DNA from: Ruminococcus sp.
GTDB lineage: Bacteria > Bacillota > Clostridia > Oscillospirales > Ruminococcaceae
Assembly: GCA_017462565.1 (NCBI GenBank)
Contig: JAFTQW010000015.1
Location: 16,109 to 80,108, forward strand
DNA: 64,000 nucleotides
Direction: 5' to 3'
Shown: piece after piece, positions 40,645 to 48,887 of the stretch
How the letters are laid out: every line of letters starts with the position of its first letter
Position numbering within the stretch: the stretch's first letter is position 1
Program-made: the position numbers and the translations under genes
The notes under the pieces: model-generated
What the model was told of the DNA's origin: nothing
Database searches by the model: none
The model's input: only the letters and a program-made list of their open reading frames with translations

Positions 40645-41337
40645 ATGCAAAAAGATGACACACACAACAATCACAGAAAACGTATGCGTAAAAAATTTCT
40701 CGAAACAGGATCAAACGGATTCTACGAACATGAATTTCTTGAAATGATCTTATTTTATGCAATTCCAAGAATTAATACAAATCCCCATGCTCACAGACTT
40801 ATCAAGCATTTCGGAAGTCTTGAAAAAGTTCTTGCCGCCGATCTTCATGAACTGATGGAGGTGGACGGTATCGGTGCTTCCAGCGCCTGTATTATAAGCG
40901 CCCTGGCTGAAGCGGCACGGAGATATTTGAATTCGTCCGAGTTTCAGCTCAAATTTACGAACAGGGATGAAGTTAAAAATTTTTTTATTGAAAAAACTAA
41001 AAATATCACCTGCGATACTTGCTTGATTATTTCCGTAAGCGCACAGCTTGAACTTACTGGAATAAGCCGTCTTCCTCTTGAACAGCTCCTTTTCAGTAAA
41101 AATTCTTCGAGAGAATTCATTGAAAATGTTATCAAGGGCGGAGCAGACAGAATAATTGTTGGATTATGCCGCCCGAAAAGTCTTCCTATTCCGACGCAAA
41201 GCGATTTTAATCTTACAAAAACTATGGCGGAAGCTCTTGACTCCATAAAAGCAGAGCTTATAGACGTATTTATTTGCGGTCGTGGAAATGCTTTTTCTAT
41301 GCGAAGCAGCGGAGCGTTCAGCTTCAAAAAAATATAA
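40645..41337 (+). CDS. RadC-like protein, JAMM motif lost
   Basis: The N-terminal RadC pattern (HRKRMRKKFLE...EHEFLEMILFYAIPR...A..L...FGSL..VL.A...EL..V.GIG) is conserved. The HNHPSG position reads GLCRPKS, so both metal-binding His residues are absent. Confidence 0.7.
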   Translation: MQKDDTHNNHRKRMRKKFLETGSNGFYEHEFLEMILFYAIPRINTNPHAHRLIKHFGSLEKVLAADLHELMEVDGIGASSACIISALAEAARRYLNSSEFQLKFTNRDEVKNFFIEKTKNITCDTCLIISVSAQLELTGISRLPLEQLLFSKNSSREFIENVIKGGADRIIVGLCRPKSLPIPTQSDFNLTKTMAEALDSIKAELIDVFICGRGNAFSMRSSGAFSFKKI

Positions 41338-41367
41338 GGCAGCACCGCACAAAGGAGTCAGAAAATT

Positions 41368-42078
41368 ATGTCAAAATCCGAAAAACAGATTCTTATGGAT
41401 AAAGTCTTTGAAAACGGCATCGGTTCATTGAACGATCATGAATTGCTTCGGCTTATTCTCTCTTACGCTCAGAAAAGCCAAACGGCGGAAACTGCCGATA
41501 CGCTTATGAATAACTTCATTGGGATCAGATCTATCGTCGATGCCGATACACGAATTCTCGTCAATAAATTTGGAATAAGCGAAAATTCAGCCGTTCTTCT
41601 GAAAATGATCTGCGCATTATCTCAGGAATCAAGCCTTGGGAAAAATAGTATAACTTATCTTAAAACATCAGGTGATGCAAAGGAATTTTTCCGGAAAAAT
41701 TTTATCGGCGCTTCGCAGGAGTATTTTATGGTGATTGCGGTTGACGATAATTTCAAAAAAACTGACATTTTTCGTTCCTCTTCCGGCAGTGATCTCAGCG
41801 TTCAGACAAGCAGCCGTGAAATAGTAAAATTTGCCGTAAAAAGCAATTGCAGCCGTTTGTTTATATCACACAATCACCTGAATGAAAACACATCGCCATC
41901 GGAAGACGATATTATTTCAACAAAAAGAATAATTTCTCTGCTCGAAGCTCTCGGAATCACGGTTATCGACCATATTATAGCCGGAAGAAACTCGGCGGAA
42001 TCAATGCGTGAAAATCCGTCGCTTGATATTTTTGATAATGTTCCTGCTTTTGATTATAAATTCAGAGGTCGCCTTTAA
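41368..42078 (+). CDS. RadC-like JAB/JAMM-domain protein, metal-binding motif retained
   Basis: N-terminal RadC HhH-like region (DHELLRLILSY...). C-terminal HNHLNENTSPSEDD keeps HxH and the Asp 10-11 residues downstream. Confidence 0.7.
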   Translation: MSKSEKQILMDKVFENGIGSLNDHELLRLILSYAQKSQTAETADTLMNNFIGIRSIVDADTRILVNKFGISENSAVLLKMICALSQESSLGKNSITYLKTSGDAKEFFRKNFIGASQEYFMVIAVDDNFKKTDIFRSSSGSDLSVQTSSREIVKFAVKSNCSRLFISHNHLNENTSPSEDDIISTKRIISLLEALGITVIDHIIAGRNSAESMRENPSLDIFDNVPAFDYKFRGRL

Positions 42079-42128
42079 TAAGAAGCTGTGATAAATGCAA
42101 AAAATTTGCAAAAAATATCTCTGTATAT

Positions 42129-42157
42129 TTGACATCTTTTATTTTAACTGATAAAAT
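42129..42157 (+). promoter_or_regulatory. Sigma-A promoter of the second two-component operon (TTGACA-17-TAAAAT)
   Basis: Hexamers at 42129-42134 and 42152-42157 with a 17-nt spacer. Confidence 0.6.
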
Positions 42158-42199
42158 TATAATAGGTTTGATACATTTAAATTACAGAGGTAAAAAATT

Positions 42200-42865
42200 A
42201 TGATAAATATACTTATTATTGAAGACGATCAGAATATTGCAAAAATGATAAAGGCAACCCTTTCTATTGTAAATTATAACGGATATTGCTGCTATGACGG
42301 CAAAAGCGGTATGCAGGAAGCCTTAAAAGGCTCTTATGATCTGATACTTCTCGATATTATGCTTCCGGAAATGAACGGCTTCGAGGTCATGAATCAGATA
42401 AAAAACTGCGGCACTCCCGTAATTTTCCTTACGGCTGTTCAGGATGTTGCCGATAAGGTGAAGGGACTTCGTCTCGGCGCAGAAGATTATATAGTCAAGC
42501 CCTTTGAGGCTCTGGAACTTCTTGCACGCATTGATGTTGTACTCCGCCGCTCCAACAAAACGCAGAACATAATCTCTTACGGTTCGATCACGGTCGATAT
42601 CGCAAGCCACATCATTACCGATAATAATGTTCCGGTTCAGCTTACCCCAAAAGAATTTGACGTTATCGTGTATTTCCTCCAGCATCAGGATATCGCCGTT
42701 TCAAGAGAACGGCTTCTTTCCAATATATGGGGATACGAATTCGAGGGCGAAAGCCGTACTGTTGACATCCATGTTCAGCAGGTCAGAAGAAAGCTTAATC
42801 TGAAAGACAAGCTCATTACTATCCCGAAACTCGGCTACCGACTTGAGAGTCAGGAAAAAACATGA
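42200..42865 (+). CDS. OmpR-family response regulator
   Basis: ILIIEDD...DLILLDIMLP...KPF receiver domain, and an LTPKEFDV...RTVDIHVQQVRRKL...GYRL winged helix. Confidence 0.93.
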   Translation: MINILIIEDDQNIAKMIKATLSIVNYNGYCCYDGKSGMQEALKGSYDLILLDIMLPEMNGFEVMNQIKNCGTPVIFLTAVQDVADKVKGLRLGAEDYIVKPFEALELLARIDVVLRRSNKTQNIISYGSITVDIASHIITDNNVPVQLTPKEFDVIVYFLQHQDIAVSRERLLSNIWGYEFEGESRTVDIHVQQVRRKLNLKDKLITIPKLGYRLESQEKT

Positions 42866-44307
42866 AGCTCTGGCAAAAAATATTCCTCAGTTCTCTGTGC
42901 CTGATAATAGCTGCCGTAAATGTAATTTCAATAGTCCTTCTCAACAACAGTCACAAGCTGCTTATCGAACGTGAACGCTCGCACGCTATCAATGAATACG
43001 AATATTTTGCGGCTTCTTTTGCAAATACGGTCGTTTATGAACGTCTTAAAGCCGATAAGATAATGATGACCGAAGAGGATATTAAAAAAATTGCCGCCGA
43101 TATAGTAAGCTCACGTTCTCAGGGACAATCTGCCGCCGCTGTTTATGACAGCAATAAGACTCTTATCGAAAGCAGCGCTCTCCCGGAACTTTTCGGTCTT
43201 GATGAGTTTTTATCATATATTTCCGGCATTGGAACTTCGGTCGGCGATTACTATATAAAAATCTTCAAATGCGGAGACATCCACTATATGACCGTATGTT
43301 CAACGCTTAAAATAGAGGATAATTTATATCTTATCCTTACGGCGTCGGACGTTTCCGAAATATATGCTCTCAGAAGTCAGCAAACTGATTTTGTAAGAAA
43401 AGTCAGTCTTATTTCCGCAGCCATAATTTCGCTTATTCTTCTTGTTACAATTATATTTCTTCTTCGTCCGCTCAGTAAGCTAAATACCTACACAAAAGCT
43501 ATTGCCAAAGGAAATTATAAGATAAGAATCCGTAAAAAGGGAAGCCACGAGTTCCGTGAACTTGCTGAAAATATGAACATTATGGCTGATTCTATCCAAA
43601 GCCACGCCGCCCGACTTGAAAAAATCGCCGAGGACAGACAAACTTTTATTGCCAATCTTGCGCACGAAATGAAAACTCCGCTAACATCTATTCTCGGATT
43701 TGCAGATCTGCTCAGAATAAAAAGAAATGTCAGCGACAAGGAACGTTTTGAATACGCCAACGTTATAGTTGAAGAAACCAAGCGTCTGCGCTCGCTTTCA
43801 GGAAAGCTTATGGAGCTTATCGCTCTCGGAGGAACCGAAACCGATAAAAAGCCCGTCAGTCTGCCTTCCATGATAAAGGAAACCGAAGCGGCGCTTACTC
43901 CGATACTCCAGAAAAATTCACTGTCGCTCGCCTGCGTTTCAGAGGATATAACGATTTATGCCGACGAGGAGCTTTTCAAATCGCTCCTTTACAATATTAT
44001 TGAAAACGCCATAAAAGCTTCGTCTATAGGACAGCAGATAACTCTTCGTGCCGCTATGACCAGCGGAAGCGCAGTTATCGCTATAAGCGATCAGGGAATC
44101 GGTATGAGTCAGGAGGACGCAAAAAAGGTTTTCGAGCCGTTTTATATGGTCGATAAATCACGAAGCCGAAAAGCCGGAGGCGCAGGTCTCGGACTTGCTC
44201 TCTGCGTGAAGATCGCCGAACTGCATAACGCTGTCCTCACTATCGACAGTCATCTCGGTCAGGGAACGACGGTTTATATCATTGTTTCCGGGGAGGAGTG
44301 CCTGTGA
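42862..44307 (+). CDS. Sensor histidine kinase
   Basis: Two TM helices flanking a ~150-aa extracytoplasmic loop, HAMP, H-box AHEMKTPLTS, N-box NIIENAIKAS, G-boxes DQGIGM and GGAGLGLALC. Overlaps the regulator by 4 nt. Confidence 0.9.
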   Translation: MKLWQKIFLSSLCLIIAAVNVISIVLLNNSHKLLIERERSHAINEYEYFAASFANTVVYERLKADKIMMTEEDIKKIAADIVSSRSQGQSAAAVYDSNKTLIESSALPELFGLDEFLSYISGIGTSVGDYYIKIFKCGDIHYMTVCSTLKIEDNLYLILTASDVSEIYALRSQQTDFVRKVSLISAAIISLILLVTIIFLLRPLSKLNTYTKAIAKGNYKIRIRKKGSHEFRELAENMNIMADSIQSHAARLEKIAEDRQTFIANLAHEMKTPLTSILGFADLLRIKRNVSDKERFEYANVIVEETKRLRSLSGKLMELIALGGTETDKKPVSLPSMIKETEAALTPILQKNSLSLACVSEDITIYADEELFKSLLYNIIENAIKASSIGQQITLRAAMTSGSAVIAISDQGIGMSQEDAKKVFEPFYMVDKSRSRKAGGAGLGLALCVKIAELHNAVLTIDSHLGQGTTVYIIVSGEECL

Positions 44308-45293
44308 AACATACGATAGCTTTTATTCTGTTTCTTGCGGTTATCCTCGCTTTAGGATATTACAGCGTAGACCTGGCAGATCTGTTTTCTCAGAACTCGC
44401 AGCTTGAACAAACTCATATCCCATACAGTCAGAATCATAATAACGCTGTTTATATAGCAGGCGAGGAAACAGGCTTTAGACCTATGGATATTCTTGAAGA
44501 GCCAGACTTACCCTTGGATAATAAGACTATCCGAAATATCTGTACTGCAATTATACTTGTTTTAAGCTGTTATGATGAAAATACGGAATGTCCGGATTCT
44601 TTTGCCGAAGCTTTCAGTAATTCCCTGAACTATAGCAATAACGGATATGTATATACTGAAAAATTTGAGTATGAAAACTTTAACGGTCAGACAAGATATA
44701 TCGACTGTATTTTCAAAAATGATAATTATCGTCTGGTATATCTGCGGTTCTATTCGCCGGAAACCTATGAGCTTTCATCTGATGAGGCGGAAGCTGCTCT
44801 GGAGGCATTCGATAAGGATTCAACATCGTTTTATTCATCCACAGAAGATGAAATTAAAAATTTAATAGCCATAAACGAACCCGATCCCTATTATGACTAT
44901 GAAAGCGATTATGATAAGACTGTCGGTTCATACAATGATTTTGAATTTGATTACAATATCGGCAAGGATGACAGCTTCGACTATGTTTACGAACACTTGA
45001 AATATGTCTATGATTCAACTGAAATCTATTCCGATTCTGAAACTGTTAACTTCTGGATAAAGTCATGTTTGCTTTCAAGATATATTGTAAACGAAGGTTC
45101 ATACTATTTATCATGCGTTTCACATATCGTTGAGGGAATTATGATAAGCGACGGCTATTCCGAACCGGAATACACCATACATCAAGGCAGAATATATCAG
45201 ACGGTTCAATTCAAGGGCAACCAGCTTATAACTATATATAACATCGCAGAAAACCGTATAGAGGGATTTTTTGCTCCTTCATATTATGATTGA
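44303..45293 (+). CDS. Membrane-anchored protein of unknown function, paralog A
   Basis: GTG 44303 lies 6 nt after GGAGG and overlaps the kinase stop; GTG 44298 is the alternative. One N-terminal TM helix, then a Tyr/Asp/Glu/Asn-rich ectodomain. Shares blocks with the next ORF (RYIDCIFKNDNYRLVYLRFY, GRIYQT...IYNI..N.IEGF). Confidence 0.6.
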
Positions 45294-45301
45294 CGGGAGG
45301 A

Positions 45302-46453
45302 ATGAAATTGAAATCAAAAATTCTTTTTACTTTCCTGCTCGTTGCCATTGCTATTATCGGATTTAACGGTACGGATATCGCAAACCGTATTTTCGGGATC
45401 AGCGATGCCGAACAGACTGCCGTTTCCAAAAATTCGATAAAAACCGACGCTGTTTATATATCCTCGTATGATGAAATATCCTTTGATCCTATGAAAATAA
45501 TAGACTATCCAAGCAGAAAATCTACATTTATTAACCAAAGCGAAGATATCGTGTTTGGCTTCTCAAGCTCATCGCCTTTTACAATGAGCGATATGATAGA
45601 AATACTCATCCGGAATATCAGTCTTTACAGTGACAAAACCGCTTATGCTGAACCTGCTGACATGGATATTTCAAAAATGATATATGTCGATTCAAACGGT
45701 TATTTTTTCATTGAAAAACATAAGTATTATAATACCAAACATGAAGAAAGATACGTTGATATGATTTTTGACAGCAATAGTTTTGATATTATCTATCTAA
45801 ATTTTTACGATGATAAAGAATATAATCCAACGTCTGCTCAGGTTCAGAAAGGTATCAGCAGACTTCAGGAATACAGCAATGCGTATTTTGATTCTATAAA
45901 CGAATACCGTGATATTGATAATTGGATATTCCATTCTTATAACGTTCAGCATGGATATGATGAGGAGCCTGTTTTTCATTTCAATGCAACACTTTATGAA
46001 TCAAAGGAAATACTTGCTGCCTATATATCATCAGTTTGCGGAAACGCTAACACTGCCTCTAAAGTATCGGGAGGAAGCAATCCTGTAATCAAATTCTTCA
46101 TGAACGTTACAGCTCCGGCGCTCGTCACTTTTGAGGACGACATAGCCTATGGTGAAAAATATAATGGAAATATTAATTATGATGAACCTTTTATTGCAAC
46201 AATCCAGGTATTGAATCCGTATAATATATTTTATGATGTTATAGACAGCGGTGCGTCATCATATGCAAATGGAGAATATGATATAAAATACGGAAGTTCA
46301 TCGCCATATGACGATGCGGAATACGCTCCTTATAACGGACGTATCTATCAGACAATAAAAACAAACTATTCAGAAAAGTATGTTATCATTTATAATATCG
46401 TGACAAATGAGATAGAGGGATTTTACATCAAACCTGTTGAAAAACTCTGGTAA
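45302..46453 (+). CDS. Membrane-anchored protein of unknown function, paralog B
   Basis: The start is ambiguous (TTG 45290, ATG 45302 or TTG 45308) around a GGGAGG site. N-terminal TM helix. Blocks RYVDMIFDSNSFDIIYLNFY and GRIYQTIK...IIYNIVTNEIEGFY match paralog A. Confidence 0.6.
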   Translation: MKLKSKILFTFLLVAIAIIGFNGTDIANRIFGISDAEQTAVSKNSIKTDAVYISSYDEISFDPMKIIDYPSRKSTFINQSEDIVFGFSSSSPFTMSDMIEILIRNISLYSDKTAYAEPADMDISKMIYVDSNGYFFIEKHKYYNTKHEERYVDMIFDSNSFDIIYLNFYDDKEYNPTSAQVQKGISRLQEYSNAYFDSINEYRDIDNWIFHSYNVQHGYDEEPVFHFNATLYESKEILAAYISSVCGNANTASKVSGGSNPVIKFFMNVTAPALVTFEDDIAYGEKYNGNINYDEPFIATIQVLNPYNIFYDVIDSGASSYANGEYDIKYGSSSPYDDAEYAPYNGRIYQTIKTNYSEKYVIIYNIVTNEIEGFYIKPVEKLW

Positions 46454-46455
46454 GA

Positions 46456-46495
46456 TAAAAAACGGCGAACCGTTATTGGTTCGCCGTTTAATTTA
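46456..46495. terminator. Bidirectional terminator between convergent genes
   Basis: AACGGCGAACC / GGTTCGCCGTT 11-bp perfect stem (46461-46488), flanked by an A-run and a T-run. Confidence 0.8.
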
Positions 46496-46921
46496 TTATT
46501 TATTTTCAACTGCTGTAGATCTGCTCCTTGAAAGAGTAAATTCAGTGTGCTTAGAAACCTCTGCCTCCGGATTATTTTCGTCCGGAAGAGTTGTATGTAT
46601 AATTATTTTCATATTGCTGAAACCGTCCATGAGCTTTGAGAGTCCGAATACGACGTCACGGAGGATATCTTTCTGATTTGCAAGGTAAATTTTCCCGATA
46701 GTAGTATCAGGATTCTGCTCGATAACAGTAAACATAAAGCTTATTGCCTGTTCGCAGTCGGACGGTATATCAACAGGCGGAGTCAGGCTTAATTTAAGAT
46801 TTATCGAACCGTCCTCTGCAACAAACTCCGCAAGATCTGAATTTTCGGCATATCTGCTTAAAATGTCGATGAGAACGGCGTTTGTCGTATGTATTTCGGT
46901 ATAATTTCTGAGTTCATCCAT
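46496..46921 (-). CDS. Hypothetical protein (141 aa) co-transcribed with metK
   Basis: The ORF track extends to 47026, which would overlap metK by 92 nt. ATG 46921 lies 13 nt after the metK stop. No motif recognised. Confidence 0.45.
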   Translation of the reverse strand: MDELRNYTEIHTTNAVLIDILSRYAENSDLAEFVAEDGSINLKLSLTPPVDIPSDCEQAISFMFTVIEQNPDTTIGKIYLANQKDILRDVVFGLSKLMDGFSNMKIIIHTTLPDENNPEAEVSKHTEFTLSRSRSTAVENK

Positions 46922-46934
46922 ATCGTTCGCCGCC

Positions 46935-48119
46935 TTATCCGAGAATAGCTTTAAGAGCGTCGATTCTGTCAGTTTTCTCCCATGCAACGCCGAGATCCTC
47001 TCTTCCCATATGACCGTATGCAGCAAGCTGTCTGTACTGAGGCTTTCTTAAATCGAGCATTTCGATAATTGCAGCCGGTCTGAGATCGAATACCTTTGAA
47101 ACTGCGTCCGAGAGCTTGTCCTCGTCAATCCTGCCCGTACCGAATGTGTCAACGAGAACAGAGATAGGCTTTGCAACTCCGATAGCGTAAGAAAGCTGTA
47201 CCTCGCACTTATCGGCATATCCTGCGGCAACGATATTTTTAGCAATATAACGAGCCGCATAAGCAGCGCTTCTGTCAACCTTAGTCGGATCCTTTCCGCT
47301 GAATGCTCCGCCGCCGTGGCGTGAATATCCGCCGTATGTATCAACAATTATCTTTCTTCCCGTAAGACCGCTGTCACCCTGCGGACCGCCGACAACGAAA
47401 CGTCCTGTAGGGTTAATGAAAATTTTTGTATTGCCGTCCATAAGCTCTTCCGGAATTATCGGACGGATAACGAATTCCTCAATGTCCTTGCGGAGCTGTT
47501 CAAGGCTGATATCAGCCGAATGCTGTGAGGAAACGACAACAGCGTCGATTCTTGAAGGCTTTCCGTCATCATACTCAACAGTGACCTGAGTTTTTCCGTC
47601 GGGACGAAGATAACGGAGAGTGCCGTCCTTTCTGACCTCTGTAAGGCGCATAGCAAGCTTGTGCGCAAGAGAAATAGGAAGCGGCATAAGCTCCGGAGTT
47701 TCATTGCAGGCATAGCCGAACATGATTCCCTGATCGCCGGCGCCGTTTGAAAGACCGTCGCTCTCATTATTTTCTTCTCTGTATTCAAAAGCCTCGTTTA
47801 CACCCATTGCGATATCCGGGGACTGTTCGTCAATAGAAGTAAGAACAGCGCAGGTGTGAGCGTCAAAGCCGTATTTTGCTCTGTCGTAACCGATATCTGC
47901 AACGACCTTTCTTGCAATTTTAGGAATGTCGATATCTGCTGAAGTCGATATTTCACCCATACAAAGAATCATGCCTGTTGTTACGGCTGTTTCACAGGCA
48001 ACTCTTCCGAGCTTGTCCTGCTCTAAAATAGCGTCGAGCACTGCGTCAGAGATCTGATCGCATATCTTATCGGGATGACCTTCTGTAACTGATTCCGAAG
48101 TAAAAAAACATTTGCTCAT
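46935..48119 (-). CDS. metK: S-adenosylmethionine synthetase
   Basis: [55 protein letters not shown] 48119 follows AGGAGG; the ORF track starts upstream, at 48179. Confidence 0.97.
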   Translation of the reverse strand: MSKCFFTSESVTEGHPDKICDQISDAVLDAILEQDKLGRVACETAVTTGMILCMGEISTSADIDIPKIARKVVADIGYDRAKYGFDAHTCAVLTSIDEQSPDIAMGVNEAFEYREENNESDGLSNGAGDQGIMFGYACNETPELMPLPISLAHKLAMRLTEVRKDGTLRYLRPDGKTQVTVEYDDGKPSRIDAVVVSSQHSADISLEQLRKDIEEFVIRPIIPEELMDGNTKIFINPTGRFVVGGPQGDSGLTGRKIIVDTYGGYSRHGGGAFSGKDPTKVDRSAAYAARYIAKNIVAAGYADKCEVQLSYAIGVAKPISVLVDTFGTGRIDEDKLSDAVSKVFDLRPAAIIEMLDLRKPQYRQLAAYGHMGREDLGVAWEKTDRIDALKAILG

Positions 48120-48140
48120 ATTAAAACCTCCTGTAAAAAT

Positions 48141-48285
48141 AAAGAGCATTCCATTCCGGAACGCTCTGGTTTTTCTCAAAACTCCTCATCTTCCGGATAA
48201 ACCGCAGGATTTAGCACCTTGTCTGATTAAACAGTCAGGTTGCCGGGCTTCACAGGACCTGTTTCCTCCGCCGCTCTTGATAAGG
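48141..48285 (-). promoter_or_regulatory. SAM-I (S-box) riboswitch with terminator expression platform
   Basis: The minus strand reads CTTATCAAGAGCGGCGGAGGAAACAGGTCCTGTGAAGCCCGGCAACC...AAGGTGCTAAATCCTGC...GAAGATGAGGAG, matching the S-box core. It is followed by the hairpin AGAGCGTTCCGGAATGGAATGCTCT plus TTTATTTTT. Confidence 0.9.
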
Positions 48286-48295
48286 TTATATTTTT

Positions 48296-48324
48296 ATTAT
48301 ACACCATTGCGCACAATTTGTCAA
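48296..48324 (-). promoter_or_regulatory. Sigma-A promoter of the metK leader (TTGACA-17-TATAAT)
   Basis: Perfect hexamers on the minus strand (48324-48319 and 48301-48296) with a 17-nt spacer. Confidence 0.8.
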
Positions 48325-48374
48325 TAGAAGTCGTAAGATTTTTTAGAGCAACAGCATTTACTTTTTGTTGATAA

Positions 48375-48510
48375 TTAAGGGGACGCTGTCACCTTAAACC
48401 CCTGCCAAAGGGATATCATCCCTTTGGAAATCCAATATTAAATTATTACAAATACCCCAAAAAGGGGTATTTGTAATAATTAGGGTGGATATTCTATGGA
48501 ATATCCTTTT
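48375..48510. repeat. Cluster of consecutive perfect hairpins in the metK/alaS divergent spacer
   Basis: 9-bp stem CCAAAGGGA/TCCCTTTGG (48405-48427). 18-bp stem AATTATTACAAATACCCC/GGGGTATTTGTAATAATT (48441-48481). 8-bp stem GGATATTC/GAATATCC (48487-48506) followed by TTTT. Also a weaker GGGG...CCCC pairing at 48379-48402. Confidence 0.6.
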
Positions 48511-48590
48511 GCAGGAATTAAGAGAAAAACATCCCCTTAAAAATGTAGAAAAAGTAAATACGGCTGTTATAGAAAAAATTGTGAAAACTA

Positions 48591-48618
48591 TTGACATTCA
48601 GAAAAAAAATGATATAAT
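48591..48618 (+). promoter_or_regulatory. Sigma-A promoter of the alaS leader (TTGACA-16-TGaTATAAT)
   Basis: TTGACA at 48591-48596 and extended -10 TGATATAAT at 48610-48618. Confidence 0.75.
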
Positions 48619-48624
48619 ATATTT

Positions 48625-48845
48625 GTATGGCAATGATGGGATTGACTGTTTACAGCGTGTTTGCAGAGAGAAAGCGGCTGGTGTGAGCTTTTACATGAAA
48701 AACAGGTGCTGCCCCTGAGCTTCCGTGGGAAACTTCGGCGTATTTCTGCGTTAAGGATAACGAGAAAAGAACGTGTTTCTTTTGAATTTGGGTGGTACCA
48801 CGAGAGCCTTCGTCCCATGCGGCGAGGCTTTTTTGCGTTTTTATG
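48625..48845 (+). promoter_or_regulatory. T-box leader (alanine specifier) controlling alaS
   Basis: Stem I AGAGAG/GGTG elements. Candidate GCT specifier at 48708-48710. T-box sequence AATTTGGGTGGTACCACG (48785-48802), whose UGGU matches an A73 discriminator. Terminator AGCCT...AGGCT plus TTTTTTGCGTTTTT. Confidence 0.85.
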
Positions 48846-48887
48846 CCCGATATACTTAATGATTTTTATTAAAGGAGATAAATTTTT

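Noticed and set aside
46922-47026. N-terminal extension of the 176-aa ORF overlapping metK by 92 nt
   Set aside because: An internal ATG at 46921, just after the metK stop, gives a non-overlapping gene. The extension is read from the metK antisense-free alternative frame and is unlikely to be translated.
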